Assembly (NCBI GenBank): GCA_947581825.1
Contig: CANPVP010000006.1
Span: 39,598 to 71,597, forward strand
Direction of reading: 5' to 3'
Source: an uncultured Clostridia bacterium
Lineage (GTDB): Bacteria; Bacillota; Clostridia; TANB77; CAG-508
DNA: 32,000 nucleotides
In this document: one piece after another, positions 15,863 through 25,095 of the stretch
Layout of the letters: each line of letters starts with the position of its first letter
Numbering within the stretch: the stretch's first letter is position 1
Notes under the pieces: generated by a model
Databases searched by the model: none
Told to the model about the DNA's origin: nothing
What the model saw: only the letters and a program-made list of their open reading frames with translations
Made by a program: the position numbers and the translations under genes

Positions 15863-15898
15863 GCATAAACTCCATACAAGATTTTATATGAAGTTTAT
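15855..15898 (-). terminator. Rho-independent terminator of the DUF1858 gene
   Basis: On the minus strand: 12-bp stem ATAAACTTCATA/TATGGAGTTTAT (one G-U pair), a 10-nt loop, then GC plus T8. Confidence 0.65.
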
Positions 15899-15909
15899 TC
15901 TTTTCTAAA

Positions 15910-16095
15910 TTATTTGTTTAGTTTTTCTACTAATTCTTCAACATCTATTCCATGAACTGCACAAGCTTCTTCTAAAGTTTCTGCTTGTGATGCTGGACAT
16001 CCTAAACAATGCATTCCTGACTCTAATAAAATATCAGCTTTTTCTGGAGCATTTTCGATTATTTCTCCAATTTTTGTTGTTTTTTCTATTACCAT
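15910..16095 (-). CDS. DUF1858 / hybrid-cluster-protein-associated redox disulfide domain protein
   Basis: MHCLGCPAS motif with typical flanks (KIGEIIENAPEKADILLESG ... ETLEEACAVHGIDVEELVEKLN). The ATG at 16095 follows GAGGAGG. The track start at 16134 is probably an upstream extension. Confidence 0.75.
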   Translation of the reverse strand: MVIEKTTKIGEIIENAPEKADILLESGMHCLGCPASQAETLEEACAVHGIDVEELVEKLNK

Positions 16096-16361
16096 ATTAT
16101 CCTCCTCAATTTTCAATATGCAATATTTTAACATATTTTTTCAAAAAAGTATAGACAAAAAAATTTTTTTATTGTATCATACCGCAAAAGGTGGTGATAT
16201 TTTATAAAAATTTTAATTCATTTATTTTTTATTTCATTTTTCTTTAATATTTTTATCATTTTTTATTTTATTTATACTTTTTTTGATATTTTTATTTTTC
16301 AAAATACTCAAGGTTCCAAATTAAAATTAAGACAAAAAAATTTTTATGATTAGGAGGTTTT

Positions 16362-18080
16362 ATGTTTCGTAGCATCATTAGTAATCGTTTCTTTTTTTGT
16401 TCACTATTTCTATTTTTGATGTCAATAATTTTTATTATTTTATTGTATCCAATTTATACCGCTGATTCAATTATATTTCCTTATTCCTTTTCTACGTTTG
16501 ATATTGCTAATAAGTATCCCTTAATTTGGTTAAATCTAAAAAAAGCTTATATCATTTGTTTTATTATTTCAAATATTTTTATATCTAATACTATTTTTTC
16601 AACTTTTATAAAAAAATTAATTAATAAAAGAAAAATTTTACCAAAAAATCAAATTAAAGATAATGATTTTTATTTATCTGTAGGATATTCTTTAGAAAAT
16701 AATTTAATAAAAATCCCACTAAAAAGTTTATATCAAAATATTCTAATCACTGGAACTATCGGAACAGGAAAAACTAGTTCTGCAATGTATCCTTTTACAG
16801 AGCAATTAATTAGTTACAAAAGTAATTATGAGGAAGAAAAAATTGGAATGCTCATATTAGATGTAAAAGGAAATTATTATAAACAAGTACGAGAATTCGC
16901 ACAAAAACATAATAGGATAAATGATATAATAGAAATCAGTTTGAACAGTAATATTTTTTATAATCCACTTGATAAACCATTTTTAACCCCTTCAGTTTTA
17001 GCAAATAGATTAAAAACTATATTAACACTATTTTCCAAAAATAATTCAGAATCATATTGGTTAGATAAAAGTGAACAAGTACTTTTAGAAGCAATAAAAT
17101 TTTGTAGACTATATAATAATTATTATGTGACATTTGAAGAAATTCACAAATTAATAACAGATTATAATTATTATCTTTCGAAAATTACTTTTCTCAAAAA
17201 TTTATTTTTCTCTGGTAAATTTAATTCTTTGCAAGCATATGATTTGTTATCATCTTTAGATTTTTTTGAAAATGAATTTTTTAAATTAGATCAAAGAACT
17301 CTTTCTATTTTAAAATCCGAAATCAGTAGAATAACTAATCCATTTGTTTCAGATTATAGAGCATTAAAAACTTTTTCTCCTCCTAAGGAAAATCTCAATT
17401 TTCACGGTTTTTCTGATGTAATAAATAAAGGCAAAATAGTAGTTTTAAATATGAACATTGCTGAATATAAAAATCTTTCCAAAATAATTGCTGCTTATTT
17501 AAAATTAGATTTTCAAACAGATTCAATTTCTCGTATTTCTTCAGACTCTTTAAATAAAAATAGAACAATTTCTTTTATTTCTGATGAATTTCATGAATAT
17601 GTTACATCAACAGATGCAGATTTCTTTGCTCTTAGCCGTGAATCAAAATGTATAAATATTATAGCTACACAAAGTTATACTTCTTTAATAAATACCCTTG
17701 AAAATCAAAATACTGCTAAAGTAATAATTCAAAATATTGTTAATAAATTATGGTTCAGAACAGATGATTCTTTTACAATAGAAGACATTCAAAAACAAAT
17801 AGGAAAAGAAGATAAACAAAAATTTTCAAAAAGTATTTCAGAAAATTCAAAAGAATCTCATTATAACTATTTTACAAAAAAATTCAATTCATTAGATTCC
17901 AATCTTTCAGAAACTGTAAACACATATACTCAAACTGAATATATCTATGATACCAATTTTTTCACACAACAATTAGAAACTTTCTCTTGTTTAGCTTTTT
18001 TATCTAATGGATTTTCTGTTTCTAAGCCACAAAAATTAAGGCTTATACCTTATTTTCAAAAAGAAAAAAATTCTTTATAG
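16362..18080 (+). CDS. VirD4/TraG-family type IV coupling protein (T4CP)-like ATPase
   Basis: 572 aa with hydrophobic N-terminal TM helices. Motifs are Walker A GTIGTGKTSS, LILDVKGNY, Walker B SFISDEFHEY and IIATQSYTSL. TAGGAGG lies before the ATG. Confidence 0.75.
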   Translation: MFRSIISNRFFFCSLFLFLMSIIFIILLYPIYTADSIIFPYSFSTFDIANKYPLIWLNLKKAYIICFIISNIFISNTIFSTFIKKLINKRKILPKNQIKDNDFYLSVGYSLENNLIKIPLKSLYQNILITGTIGTGKTSSAMYPFTEQLISYKSNYEEEKIGMLILDVKGNYYKQVREFAQKHNRINDIIEISLNSNIFYNPLDKPFLTPSVLANRLKTILTLFSKNNSESYWLDKSEQVLLEAIKFCRLYNNYYVTFEEIHKLITDYNYYLSKITFLKNLFFSGKFNSLQAYDLLSSLDFFENEFFKLDQRTLSILKSEISRITNPFVSDYRALKTFSPPKENLNFHGFSDVINKGKIVVLNMNIAEYKNLSKIIAAYLKLDFQTDSISRISSDSLNKNRTISFISDEFHEYVTSTDADFFALSRESKCINIIATQSYTSLINTLENQNTAKVIIQNIVNKLWFRTDDSFTIEDIQKQIGKEDKQKFSKSISENSKESHYNYFTKKFNSLDSNLSETVNTYTQTEYIYDTNFFTQQLETFSCLAFLSNGFSVSKPQKLRLIPYFQKEKNSL

Positions 18081-18093
18081 AAAGGATGATTAT

Positions 18094-18423
18094 ATGATTT
18101 TAAGAAAAAAACTATATAAACTTATTATTTTTCTATTTATTTTTTACATTACTATTCCTTCTTATTCTTTTTGTGCTTATCCTGAATTAGTATCAAAACT
18201 AACGGATGCTTTTTTAAAAATAAATACATATCTAAAAGCTTTAGGTGGTCCTGCAGCTGCTACAGCTGTTGGAACAGGTCTATTTATAAAAAAATTTAGT
18301 TTTGGAGATGAAGAAAGAATTAGAATTGGAAAAAAACTTATAAAAACTGCTATATTTTCCTATGCTTTTTTACTTTGCACGGATCTTATACTATCTACAA
18401 TTAAAATTGTTCTTTCTTTTTAA
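18094..18423 (+). CDS. Small membrane protein, candidate VirB2/TrbC-like T4SS subunit
   Basis: 109 aa with a signal-peptide-like N-terminus, then two hydrophobic helices (GGPAAATAVGTGLFI; AIFSYAFLLCTDLILSTI) separated by a charged loop. The SD is AAAGGA, and it sits between the T4CP and VirB6-like genes. Confidence 0.45.
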   Translation: MILRKKLYKLIIFLFIFYITIPSYSFCAYPELVSKLTDAFLKINTYLKALGGPAAATAVGTGLFIKKFSFGDEERIRIGKKLIKTAIFSYAFLLCTDLILSTIKIVLSF

Positions 18424-18439
18424 ATGATAGGAGTCTTAT

Positions 18440-19318
18440 ATGGAAACAACTAATACTAATATAACATCAGCATTATCATCTAGTCTTAACTCTCTTTTTT
18501 CTAACCTTTTTTCTTCTTTAGATAATAATTTATATGCTGTTCTTGACGATTTAACTTTTATTGATACAAATATTTATGATAATAAATTTTTTTCAATTTT
18601 AACATCTAATTCTCCAACATCTGGTATATTATTAATATCTAATTCATTAGTTTTTGGATTTTTAATATTTTTCACTATAAAATTAATATTATCCAATTTT
18701 TGTATTATTAATAATTTAGAAAGTCCTTCTCATTTTATTTTTAAATTAATTATTTGTACACTTTTAATGAATTTTTCCTTTTATCTTTGTAAATTATTAA
18801 TATCTTTTAATTCTATCTTATCTTTGTCTATTCGCTCCTTAGGAGAAGATATTTTTGATATAAGTATTAACTTTTCTACTTTAGTAGATAAAATTAATAC
18901 TATACTATTATTTAATTCTTCAATTGACATATTTTCTCTAGATGGTATTTTAAAAAGTATTATTTCTATTGGATTTTTTAATTTAACTTTTTCCTATTCT
19001 TTACGATTTATTATGATACAAGTTTTTATTTTGATATCTCCTTTTGCAATTTTATCATTATGTCATAACTCTACTTCTTTTTTATTTAAATCATGGATAC
19101 GATGTTTTTTATCTTTACTATTTCTTCAAATTTTAATTTCAATTATTTTATTAGCAACGTTCACTATTTTGCCTTCTTATTCCAGCTTACTCTCTAAGTT
19201 CTTATACATAGGTTCTATTTTTGCACTTATAAAAGCTAATACTTATATAAAAGACTTATTTGGTGGAGTAGGAATAGATTTGCAAACTAATATTTCAAGT
19301 ATATCTCCAAGAATTTAA
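18440..19318 (+). CDS. Polytopic membrane protein, VirB6/TrbL-like
   Basis: 292 aa with a Ser/Asn-rich N-terminus followed by at least five hydrophobic helices. The SD is TAGGAG. The assignment rests on operon context. Confidence 0.5.
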   Translation: METTNTNITSALSSSLNSLFSNLFSSLDNNLYAVLDDLTFIDTNIYDNKFFSILTSNSPTSGILLISNSLVFGFLIFFTIKLILSNFCIINNLESPSHFIFKLIICTLLMNFSFYLCKLLISFNSILSLSIRSLGEDIFDISINFSTLVDKINTILLFNSSIDIFSLDGILKSIISIGFFNLTFSYSLRFIMIQVFILISPFAILSLCHNSTSFLFKSWIRCFLSLLFLQILISIILLATFTILPSYSSLLSKFLYIGSIFALIKANTYIKDLFGGVGIDLQTNISSISPRI

Positions 19319-19329
19319 GGAGGGATTTT

Positions 19330-19614
19330 ATGTTTTTTATAATTCCTAAAAATTATAATTTAAAGCCAAAACTATTAGGCTTATTTGATTATTCTACTGC
19401 TATCCTAAATATTATTATTTTTTTCGCTATAATTTTATTTTCAAATTTAATTTTTTCTAGTATAAAAATTAAGCTTTTCATTGTTATTACTTTTTATTTT
19501 CCTTTCTTTCTTTTTAGTTTAGTTGGTTTCAATCATGAAAGTTTTATTTATGTTTTATATTACATTATAAAATTTATTTATAACAGGAAATTTTATTTAT
19601 ATAACAAGAATTAA
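19330..19614 (+). CDS. PrgI/TcpE-type (VirB3-like) small membrane protein
   Basis: 94 aa. N-terminal KPKLLGLFDYSTAILNIIIFFAI is followed by a second TM helix and a basic aromatic tail (FIYNRKFYLY), the pattern of Gram-positive VirB3 analogues. The SD is AAGGAGGG. Confidence 0.55.
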   Translation: MFFIIPKNYNLKPKLLGLFDYSTAILNIIIFFAIILFSNLIFSSIKIKLFIVITFYFPFFLFSLVGFNHESFIYVLYYIIKFIYNRKFYLYNKN

Positions 19615-19618
19615 AATA

Positions 19619-19647
19619 TTGTAAAACTCTCCTTAAAATGATATAAT
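19619..19647 (+). promoter_or_regulatory. Sigma-A-type promoter upstream of the DnaD-domain gene
   Basis: TTGTAA, 17-nt spacer, TATAAT, with TG at the extended -10 position (aTGaTATAAT). Confidence 0.6.
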
Positions 19648-19687
19648 ACAACAAAGTATTTATATATTTTTATAAGGAGACTTTACA

Positions 19688-20656
19688 ATGAAATTAGAAA
19701 AAAACGATTTACCAATCATACTTTCAAATACTGAAATTCCAGATTTATTTTTTACAGAATATTTTACTCAAGCAAATGGAGATTATATAAAAGTATATTT
19801 ATACTTAAATTTTATTTCTAAATATAATAAAGAAGTAAAACTAAATGATTTATCAAAAAAATTGGCATTACCTATTTCTACTCTTCAAGATGCTATAAAA
19901 TATTGGGAAAATTTAGAATTAATTACGAAAAAAAGTACAGGATATGTTGTAAATAATATACAAGAAATGGAACTACATAAATTATATACACCAAAAATAT
20001 CTTTATCTAAAGAAGATATTGAAAAAAATTCAAAAGATCAATATAGAGCAAAGGCAATCGAAACAATCAATACAACATTTTTCCAAGGTATTATGACTCC
20101 TTCATGGTACAATGATATAGATTTATGGTTTAAAAAATATTCTTTTGATGAACAAGTTATGTATTCTCTTTTTAAATATTGTTTTGACCGTTCTGCTCTT
20201 CATAGAAATTATGTACAAACAGTTGCTGATGCATGGTCAAAAAATAATGTAAAAACTTATTCAGACTTGGAATCATACTATGAAAAGCAAGAAAAATTAT
20301 CTACTATAAAAAAATCTATTTCATCAAAGCTTAGACTTTCTAGACCTCTTACTCAATTTGAAGAAGCTTACATTGAAAAATGGACTGTTGATTTTAATTA
20401 TTCCTTAGATATTATAGATATTGCTTTAAAAAAGACAACTTCAAAAGCAAATCCAAGCTTTGATTATATAAATAAAATTATAACTGATTGGAATGATCAT
20501 AATTTAAAAACGACAACGGATATTCAAAATTATTTATCTTCTCAAAAACAAAAAACTCAAAGTATTAAAGAACTTGAGAAGAAAACTAATTACAATAATT
20601 ATCAATCTAGACAATATGATGATTTTGAGTCTTTATATGCAAATACTCAAAATTAA
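19688..20656 (+). CDS. DnaD-domain replication initiation / helicase-loading protein (B. subtilis DnaB/DnaD-like)
   Basis: 322 aa with a winged-helix-like N-terminus. Two DnaD/DnaB_2-type repeats are recognisable (SWYNDIDLWFKKYSFDEQVMYSLFKYC...YVQTVADAWSKNNVKT and AYIEKWTVDFNYSLDIIDIALKK...YINKIITDWNDHNLKT). The SD is AAGGAG. Confidence 0.75.
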   Translation: MKLEKNDLPIILSNTEIPDLFFTEYFTQANGDYIKVYLYLNFISKYNKEVKLNDLSKKLALPISTLQDAIKYWENLELITKKSTGYVVNNIQEMELHKLYTPKISLSKEDIEKNSKDQYRAKAIETINTTFFQGIMTPSWYNDIDLWFKKYSFDEQVMYSLFKYCFDRSALHRNYVQTVADAWSKNNVKTYSDLESYYEKQEKLSTIKKSISSKLRLSRPLTQFEEAYIEKWTVDFNYSLDIIDIALKKTTSKANPSFDYINKIITDWNDHNLKTTTDIQNYLSSQKQKTQSIKELEKKTNYNNYQSRQYDDFESLYANTQN

Positions 20657-20670
20657 AGAAAGGAAAAGAA

Positions 20671-21681
20671 ATGGCAAATACAACTTTAAAGGATTTACTA
20701 AAAGAATATGAGCAAAAAAAACTTAAAGCTGAATTAGATTTTGAAAATAAAAAGATTTCAATTTATTCAAAAGTTCCAAAACTTAAAGAACTAGATGATA
20801 CTATTAATTCATATGCTTTAAAAGAAATGAAGTCAATGCTAATAGGAAATTCTTCTAATCAAAATTTAGATTTTTTTAAGCAACAAATTAATTCTTTAAA
20901 AAAAGAAAAAGAAAAACTTTTACAAGATAATAATATAGATTTAAATTCTTTTAAGCCAATTTATGAATGTCCTATATGTAATGACACTGGTTATATTTTC
21001 AAAGGAAATAAATCTTTTCTATGCAACTGTATTAAGCAAAAAATGTTTGATATAGAATTCAATAAATCAAATATTTTTAATATTGAAAAAGAAAACTTTT
21101 CAACATTTAATTTAAACTTTTATTCTGATGAAGAAAACTTTGAAAAATACAAAGAAAAAATATCTCCAAGAAATAATATTATAAGAATAAAAGAAATTGC
21201 TAATAATTTTATTAAAAATTTTAATAATTCCGATGAAAAAAATTTATTATTTACTGGAAATACTGGCCTAGGAAAAACTTTCCTATCAAATTGTATTGCA
21301 GCTGAAATTTTAAAACAAGGAAAAACTGTTTTATATCAAACTGCTCCTAATATGCTTGATGCTATTATTGATTATAAATTTGGAAAAAATAATATGTCAT
21401 ATGATATATACGATAATATATTAAATGTGGATTTATTGATAATAGATGATTTAGGAACTGAATGTATGAATAGTATGAAATTCACTGAATTATTTAATAT
21501 TATAAATTCTAGATTATTAAATCAAAATAATCATATAACAAAAACTATTATTTCAACAAACTTAACTCTTAAAGATTTACACGATAATTATGATGGTAGA
21601 ATTTTTTCAAGATTTATAGGAAATTACAATATTTGTAAATTTTTCGGTGATGATATAAGATTCATAAAAAAGCGGAACTAA
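20671..21681 (+). CDS. DnaI/DnaC-family AAA+ helicase loader
   Basis: 336 aa with an N-terminal Cys cluster (CPICNDTGY...CNC). Motifs are Walker A GNTGLGKTF and Walker B LLIIDDLG, followed by ISTN. It sits directly downstream of the DnaD-domain gene, as dnaI follows dnaB in B. subtilis. Confidence 0.8.
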   Translation: MANTTLKDLLKEYEQKKLKAELDFENKKISIYSKVPKLKELDDTINSYALKEMKSMLIGNSSNQNLDFFKQQINSLKKEKEKLLQDNNIDLNSFKPIYECPICNDTGYIFKGNKSFLCNCIKQKMFDIEFNKSNIFNIEKENFSTFNLNFYSDEENFEKYKEKISPRNNIIRIKEIANNFIKNFNNSDEKNLLFTGNTGLGKTFLSNCIAAEILKQGKTVLYQTAPNMLDAIIDYKFGKNNMSYDIYDNILNVDLLIIDDLGTECMNSMKFTELFNIINSRLLNQNNHITKTIISTNLTLKDLHDNYDGRIFSRFIGNYNICKFFGDDIRFIKKRN

Positions 21682-21768
21682 GATTTCCTAACAAATGCAA
21701 ATTTTAAGGAAATCTAAGTTCCGCCATAATTATCTTGTACAGAAAGTTCTCCTACCAGGAGAACTTTC
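21663..21768 (+). repeat. Two-hairpin intergenic repeat element, copy C (overlaps the dnaI-like stop codon)
   Basis: CATAAAAAAGCGGA, hairpin 21672-21724 (18-bp arms GCGGAACTAAGATTTCCT/AGGAAATCTAAGTTCCGC with one mismatch), linker CATAATTATCTTGTAC, then hairpin 21742-21768 (GAAAGTTCTCCT/AGGAGAACTTTC). Confidence 0.6.
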
Positions 21769-21787
21769 ATACAATATAAATAAATAA

Positions 21788-21825
21788 ATAAGGATTTCTA
21801 TAATAAATAGAAATCCTTATTTTTT
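21788..21825. terminator. Shared terminator between the convergent dnaI-like and gyrA genes
   Basis: 14-bp stem ATAAGGATTTCTAT/ATAGAAATCCTTAT with a 5-nt loop. A T5 run follows on the plus strand. The minus-strand side is AT-rich. Confidence 0.65.
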
Positions 21826-21846
21826 ATATTTTTTATTTATATTCTT

Positions 21847-24282
21847 TTATTTTTCCTCTTCAGCTTCTATTATTTCTATGCTAACAACTTTTCCATCATT
21901 AGTTCTCATAAGAGTTACACCTTGTGTTGATCTACCTAAAACGCTAATATCTTTTACTCTTATTCTTATTATTGTACCTGTATCTGTAATCATCATAACA
22001 TCTTCGTCTTCTGTTGCAATTTTTACACCAACAATATTTCCTGTTTTAGGTGTTATTTTGTATGTGATTACACCTTTTCCTCCTCTTGCTTGAACTCTAT
22101 ATTCATCTAGATCTGTTCTCTTTCCAAATCCATTTTCTGTTATTGCTAATAAAGTTGCTTTACTTCCAGATATTATAGATTCCATTCCTATAACTTCATC
22201 ATCGTCATCTAATCTTATACCTATTACACCTTGAGATACTCTTCCTAATGGTCTAACATCTTTTTCATCAAAAGTAATGCTCATTCCATTTTTTGTAACT
22301 AATACAACATTATCTTCTCCATCTGTAAGTCTAACATTTATTAATTCATCATTTTCTTTTAGATTAATAGCTTGTAATCCATTTTTTCTAGTTGTATCAT
22401 ATTCTTTTAAAGCTGTTTTCTTTATTGTTCCACCTTTAGTTGCCATTAATAGATACTTACCTTCTGCAAAGTTCTGAATTGGTATAACAGCTGATATTTT
22501 TTCTCCACTTTCTAAAGCTAATAAATTTACAATAGCTGTTCCTTTCGCTGTTCTTCCTGCTTCTGGAACTTCATATCCTCTTAATCTATATACCTTTCCT
22601 AGATTACTAAAGAATAAAATAGTATCATGAGTTGAAGCTGTAAATATTTTCTTTACGAAATCTTCTTCTCTTGTTGCTATTCCTGTTATTCCCTTTCCGC
22701 CTCTTCTTTGACTCTTATAAGTATCAACTGGCATTCTCTTTATATAACCGAAATGAGTTAAAGCTAATACAGTTTGTTCTTCTTTTATTAAATCTTCAAC
22801 CTCAAATTCTCCTTCAGCTGCAACTATTTTAGTTTTTCTTTCATCTCCGCATTTTTCTTTGATTTCAAGCAATTCTTCTTTTATAATTTCAAAAACTAAT
22901 TTTTCGCTACCTAAAATTGCTCTTAATCTTTCTATTAATTTCATTAATTCGTTATATTCTTCTTCAATTTTTTCACGTTGCAATCCTGATAAAGTTTTTA
23001 ATCTCATGTCTAGTATTGCTTGTGCTTGAATTTCAGAAAGTCCGAATCTTTCCATTAATCTTTCTTTAGCATCATCATATGCAGATCTAATAATATTTAT
23101 AACTTCATCTATATTATCTAATGCTATTTTTAAACCTTCTAATATATGTGCTCTAGCCTCTGCTTTTTCTAATTCAAATTTTGTTCTTCTAATAACAACT
23201 TCTTTTCTATGCTCTAAATAATATTCCAAACATTGTCTAAGCGTTAATATTTTAGGTTCACCATTTACTAAAGCTAATAAAATTATACCAAATGAATTTT
23301 GCATTTGAGTATATTTGTATAATTGATTTAAAATAACTTGAGGATTTGCATCTCTTTTTAATTCAATTACAATTCTTACTTTAGCTTTTCTATCTGATTC
23401 ATCTCGAACATTTGAAATTCCTTCTATTCTTTTATCTTTGCATAAAGAATCTATATCTTGTATTAATTTTGCTTTATTTACTTGATATGGTAAAGAAGAA
23501 ACTATTATTCTTTGTTTATTTCCAGACATTTCTTCTATTTCTGCTTCTGCTCTAACTGTTATCTTTCCTTTACCTGTAGTATAAGCTTGTCTTATTCCTT
23601 CTAGTCCTAAAATTATACCTTCAGTTGGAAAATCTGGACCTTTTATTATTTTCATCAAATCTTCATCTGTAACTTCATCTTCATCTATAATCTTTATTAT
23701 TCCATCTATAACTTCATTTAAATTATGTGGAGGTATATTAGTAGCCATTCCAACCGCAATACCTGAAGAACCATTTATCAACAAAGCTGGTAATTTAGCT
23801 GGTAATACTGTTGGTTCTTGAAGTCTATCATCATAATTTGGCATAAAATCAACTGTATTTTTTTCTATATCCGCAAGCATATAATTAGATATCTTAGCCA
23901 TTCTTGCTTCAGTATACCTCATAGCTGCTGGTGAATCTCCATCTATAGATCCAAAGTTTCCATGTCCATCAATCAATGGATATCTCATAGAAAAATCTTG
24001 TGCTAATCTTACCATTGCATCATAAACAGAAGAATCCCCATGAGGATGATATCGTCCTAAAACAGATCCTACTGTATTAGCACATTTTCTGTATGGTTTA
24101 TCTGATGTTATTCCATCTTCGTACATAGCATATAAAATTCTTCTATGCACTGGTTTTAAACCATCTCTAACATCTGGAAGAGCTCTAGCAACTATAACGC
24201 TCATTGCATAATCTATGTAAGATGTTTTCATTTCTTGTTCTATATCTCTAACAATTATTTTTTCCTCTTGTTTTTCTTCCAT
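21847..24282 (-). CDS. gyrA: DNA gyrase subunit A
   Basis: 811 aa. It has YIDYAMSVIVARALPDVRDGLKPVHRRILY, the active-site region AAMRYTEARM, and C-terminal beta-pinwheel repeats. Confidence 0.98.
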   Translation of the reverse strand: MEEKQEEKIIVRDIEQEMKTSYIDYAMSVIVARALPDVRDGLKPVHRRILYAMYEDGITSDKPYRKCANTVGSVLGRYHPHGDSSVYDAMVRLAQDFSMRYPLIDGHGNFGSIDGDSPAAMRYTEARMAKISNYMLADIEKNTVDFMPNYDDRLQEPTVLPAKLPALLINGSSGIAVGMATNIPPHNLNEVIDGIIKIIDEDEVTDEDLMKIIKGPDFPTEGIILGLEGIRQAYTTGKGKITVRAEAEIEEMSGNKQRIIVSSLPYQVNKAKLIQDIDSLCKDKRIEGISNVRDESDRKAKVRIVIELKRDANPQVILNQLYKYTQMQNSFGIILLALVNGEPKILTLRQCLEYYLEHRKEVVIRRTKFELEKAEARAHILEGLKIALDNIDEVINIIRSAYDDAKERLMERFGLSEIQAQAILDMRLKTLSGLQREKIEEEYNELMKLIERLRAILGSEKLVFEIIKEELLEIKEKCGDERKTKIVAAEGEFEVEDLIKEEQTVLALTHFGYIKRMPVDTYKSQRRGGKGITGIATREEDFVKKIFTASTHDTILFFSNLGKVYRLRGYEVPEAGRTAKGTAIVNLLALESGEKISAVIPIQNFAEGKYLLMATKGGTIKKTALKEYDTTRKNGLQAINLKENDELINVRLTDGEDNVVLVTKNGMSITFDEKDVRPLGRVSQGVIGIRLDDDDEVIGMESIISGSKATLLAITENGFGKRTDLDEYRVQARGGKGVITYKITPKTGNIVGVKIATEDEDVMMITDTGTIIRIRVKDISVLGRSTQGVTLMRTNDGKVVSIEIIEAEEEK

Positions 24283-24317
24283 GAAAATTTACCTCTTTCC
24301 TTTATATTTACATTGTA

Positions 24318-24346
24318 ATTATACTTTAACCTACGGAAATATGCAA
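24318..24346 (-). promoter_or_regulatory. Sigma-A-type promoter dedicated to gyrA
   Basis: TTGCAT, 17-nt spacer, TATAAT on the minus strand within the 84-nt gap upstream of gyrA. Confidence 0.6.
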
Positions 24347-24366
24347 GAAAAAAGAAAAATAATTTG

Positions 24367-25095
24367 TTATTGATTTAATTTTTTTATTAACTCTTTTTCT
24401 ATTTCTGATAAATTAAATTCTCCATTTTTACTGTTAATTAAATTATGTATATTTTCTATTTTATTAATCTCTTTATTGTTTTTTTCAAAAGGAATCATAT
24501 TTTCATTTTCTTTTTTTATTTTTTCAAATTCCTTGCACATTTTCGCAAAATTTTCTTCTTCGTAATATTTTTGCCAATTATTTATGTATTTTTCTATTTT
24601 ATTTGAAGACTCTATCTGTTTTGAAAAATCAGCTTCTAACTTATTTGATAAAGTATCTAAAATATCATTTTTTTCCTTTTTTATTTTTTTAGCATTTTTC
24701 TTTGTTAAAGTACCTTTTTCTTCTATTACATCAATAACTTCTTCTAATTTTTTTGATATTTTATCTATTAAGCCTCCTTTTTCAATTGTTTCTTTTACTT
24801 CTGAAATACTTTCAAATTTTTCTGTTGATATATTACTTATTTTTCTTCCTACATCAATTGCTGATTTTATTGCTTTACTTATACCATCTTTTAATCCATT
24901 TTCTAATATTTTATCTTTTAAACTTATAACTTCATTTTCAAAAAAATCCGGCAAAATTATTTTTAATCCTATGTCTAATGATGTATTAACTATTTTTCCT
25001 ATTGATGTTTCTAAAAACTTAGTTTGCTTATTTTCAATACCTTTATCATTTTCTACTTTTTCTAAAGAGATTTCTTGTGTTTTTTCTAAATTCAT
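24367..25095 (-). CDS. Hypothetical Lys/Glu-rich, predicted helical protein with no TM segment
   Basis: 242 aa. A strong SD (AAAGGAGAAGGA) lies 4 nt before the ATG at 25095. I recognise no catalytic motif. It is the last gene of the VirB4 module. Confidence 0.55.
   Translation of the reverse strand: MNLEKTQEISLEKVENDKGIENKQTKFLETSIGKIVNTSLDIGLKIILPDFFENEVISLKDKILENGLKDGISKAIKSAIDVGRKISNISTEKFESISEVKETIEKGGLIDKISKKLEEVIDVIEEKGTLTKKNAKKIKKEKNDILDTLSNKLEADFSKQIESSNKIEKYINNWQKYYEEENFAKMCKEFEKIKKENENMIPFEKNNKEINKIENIHNLINSKNGEFNLSEIEKELIKKLNQ

Noticed and set aside
16135-16361. T-rich, repeat-like divergent intergenic region considered as oriC or a DnaA-box cluster
   Set aside because: I found no TTATCCACA-like boxes here or elsewhere in the window. 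The periodic TTTTTAT strings look like low-complexity promoter-region DNA. I could not pick a convincing -35/-10 pair for the T4SS operon either.
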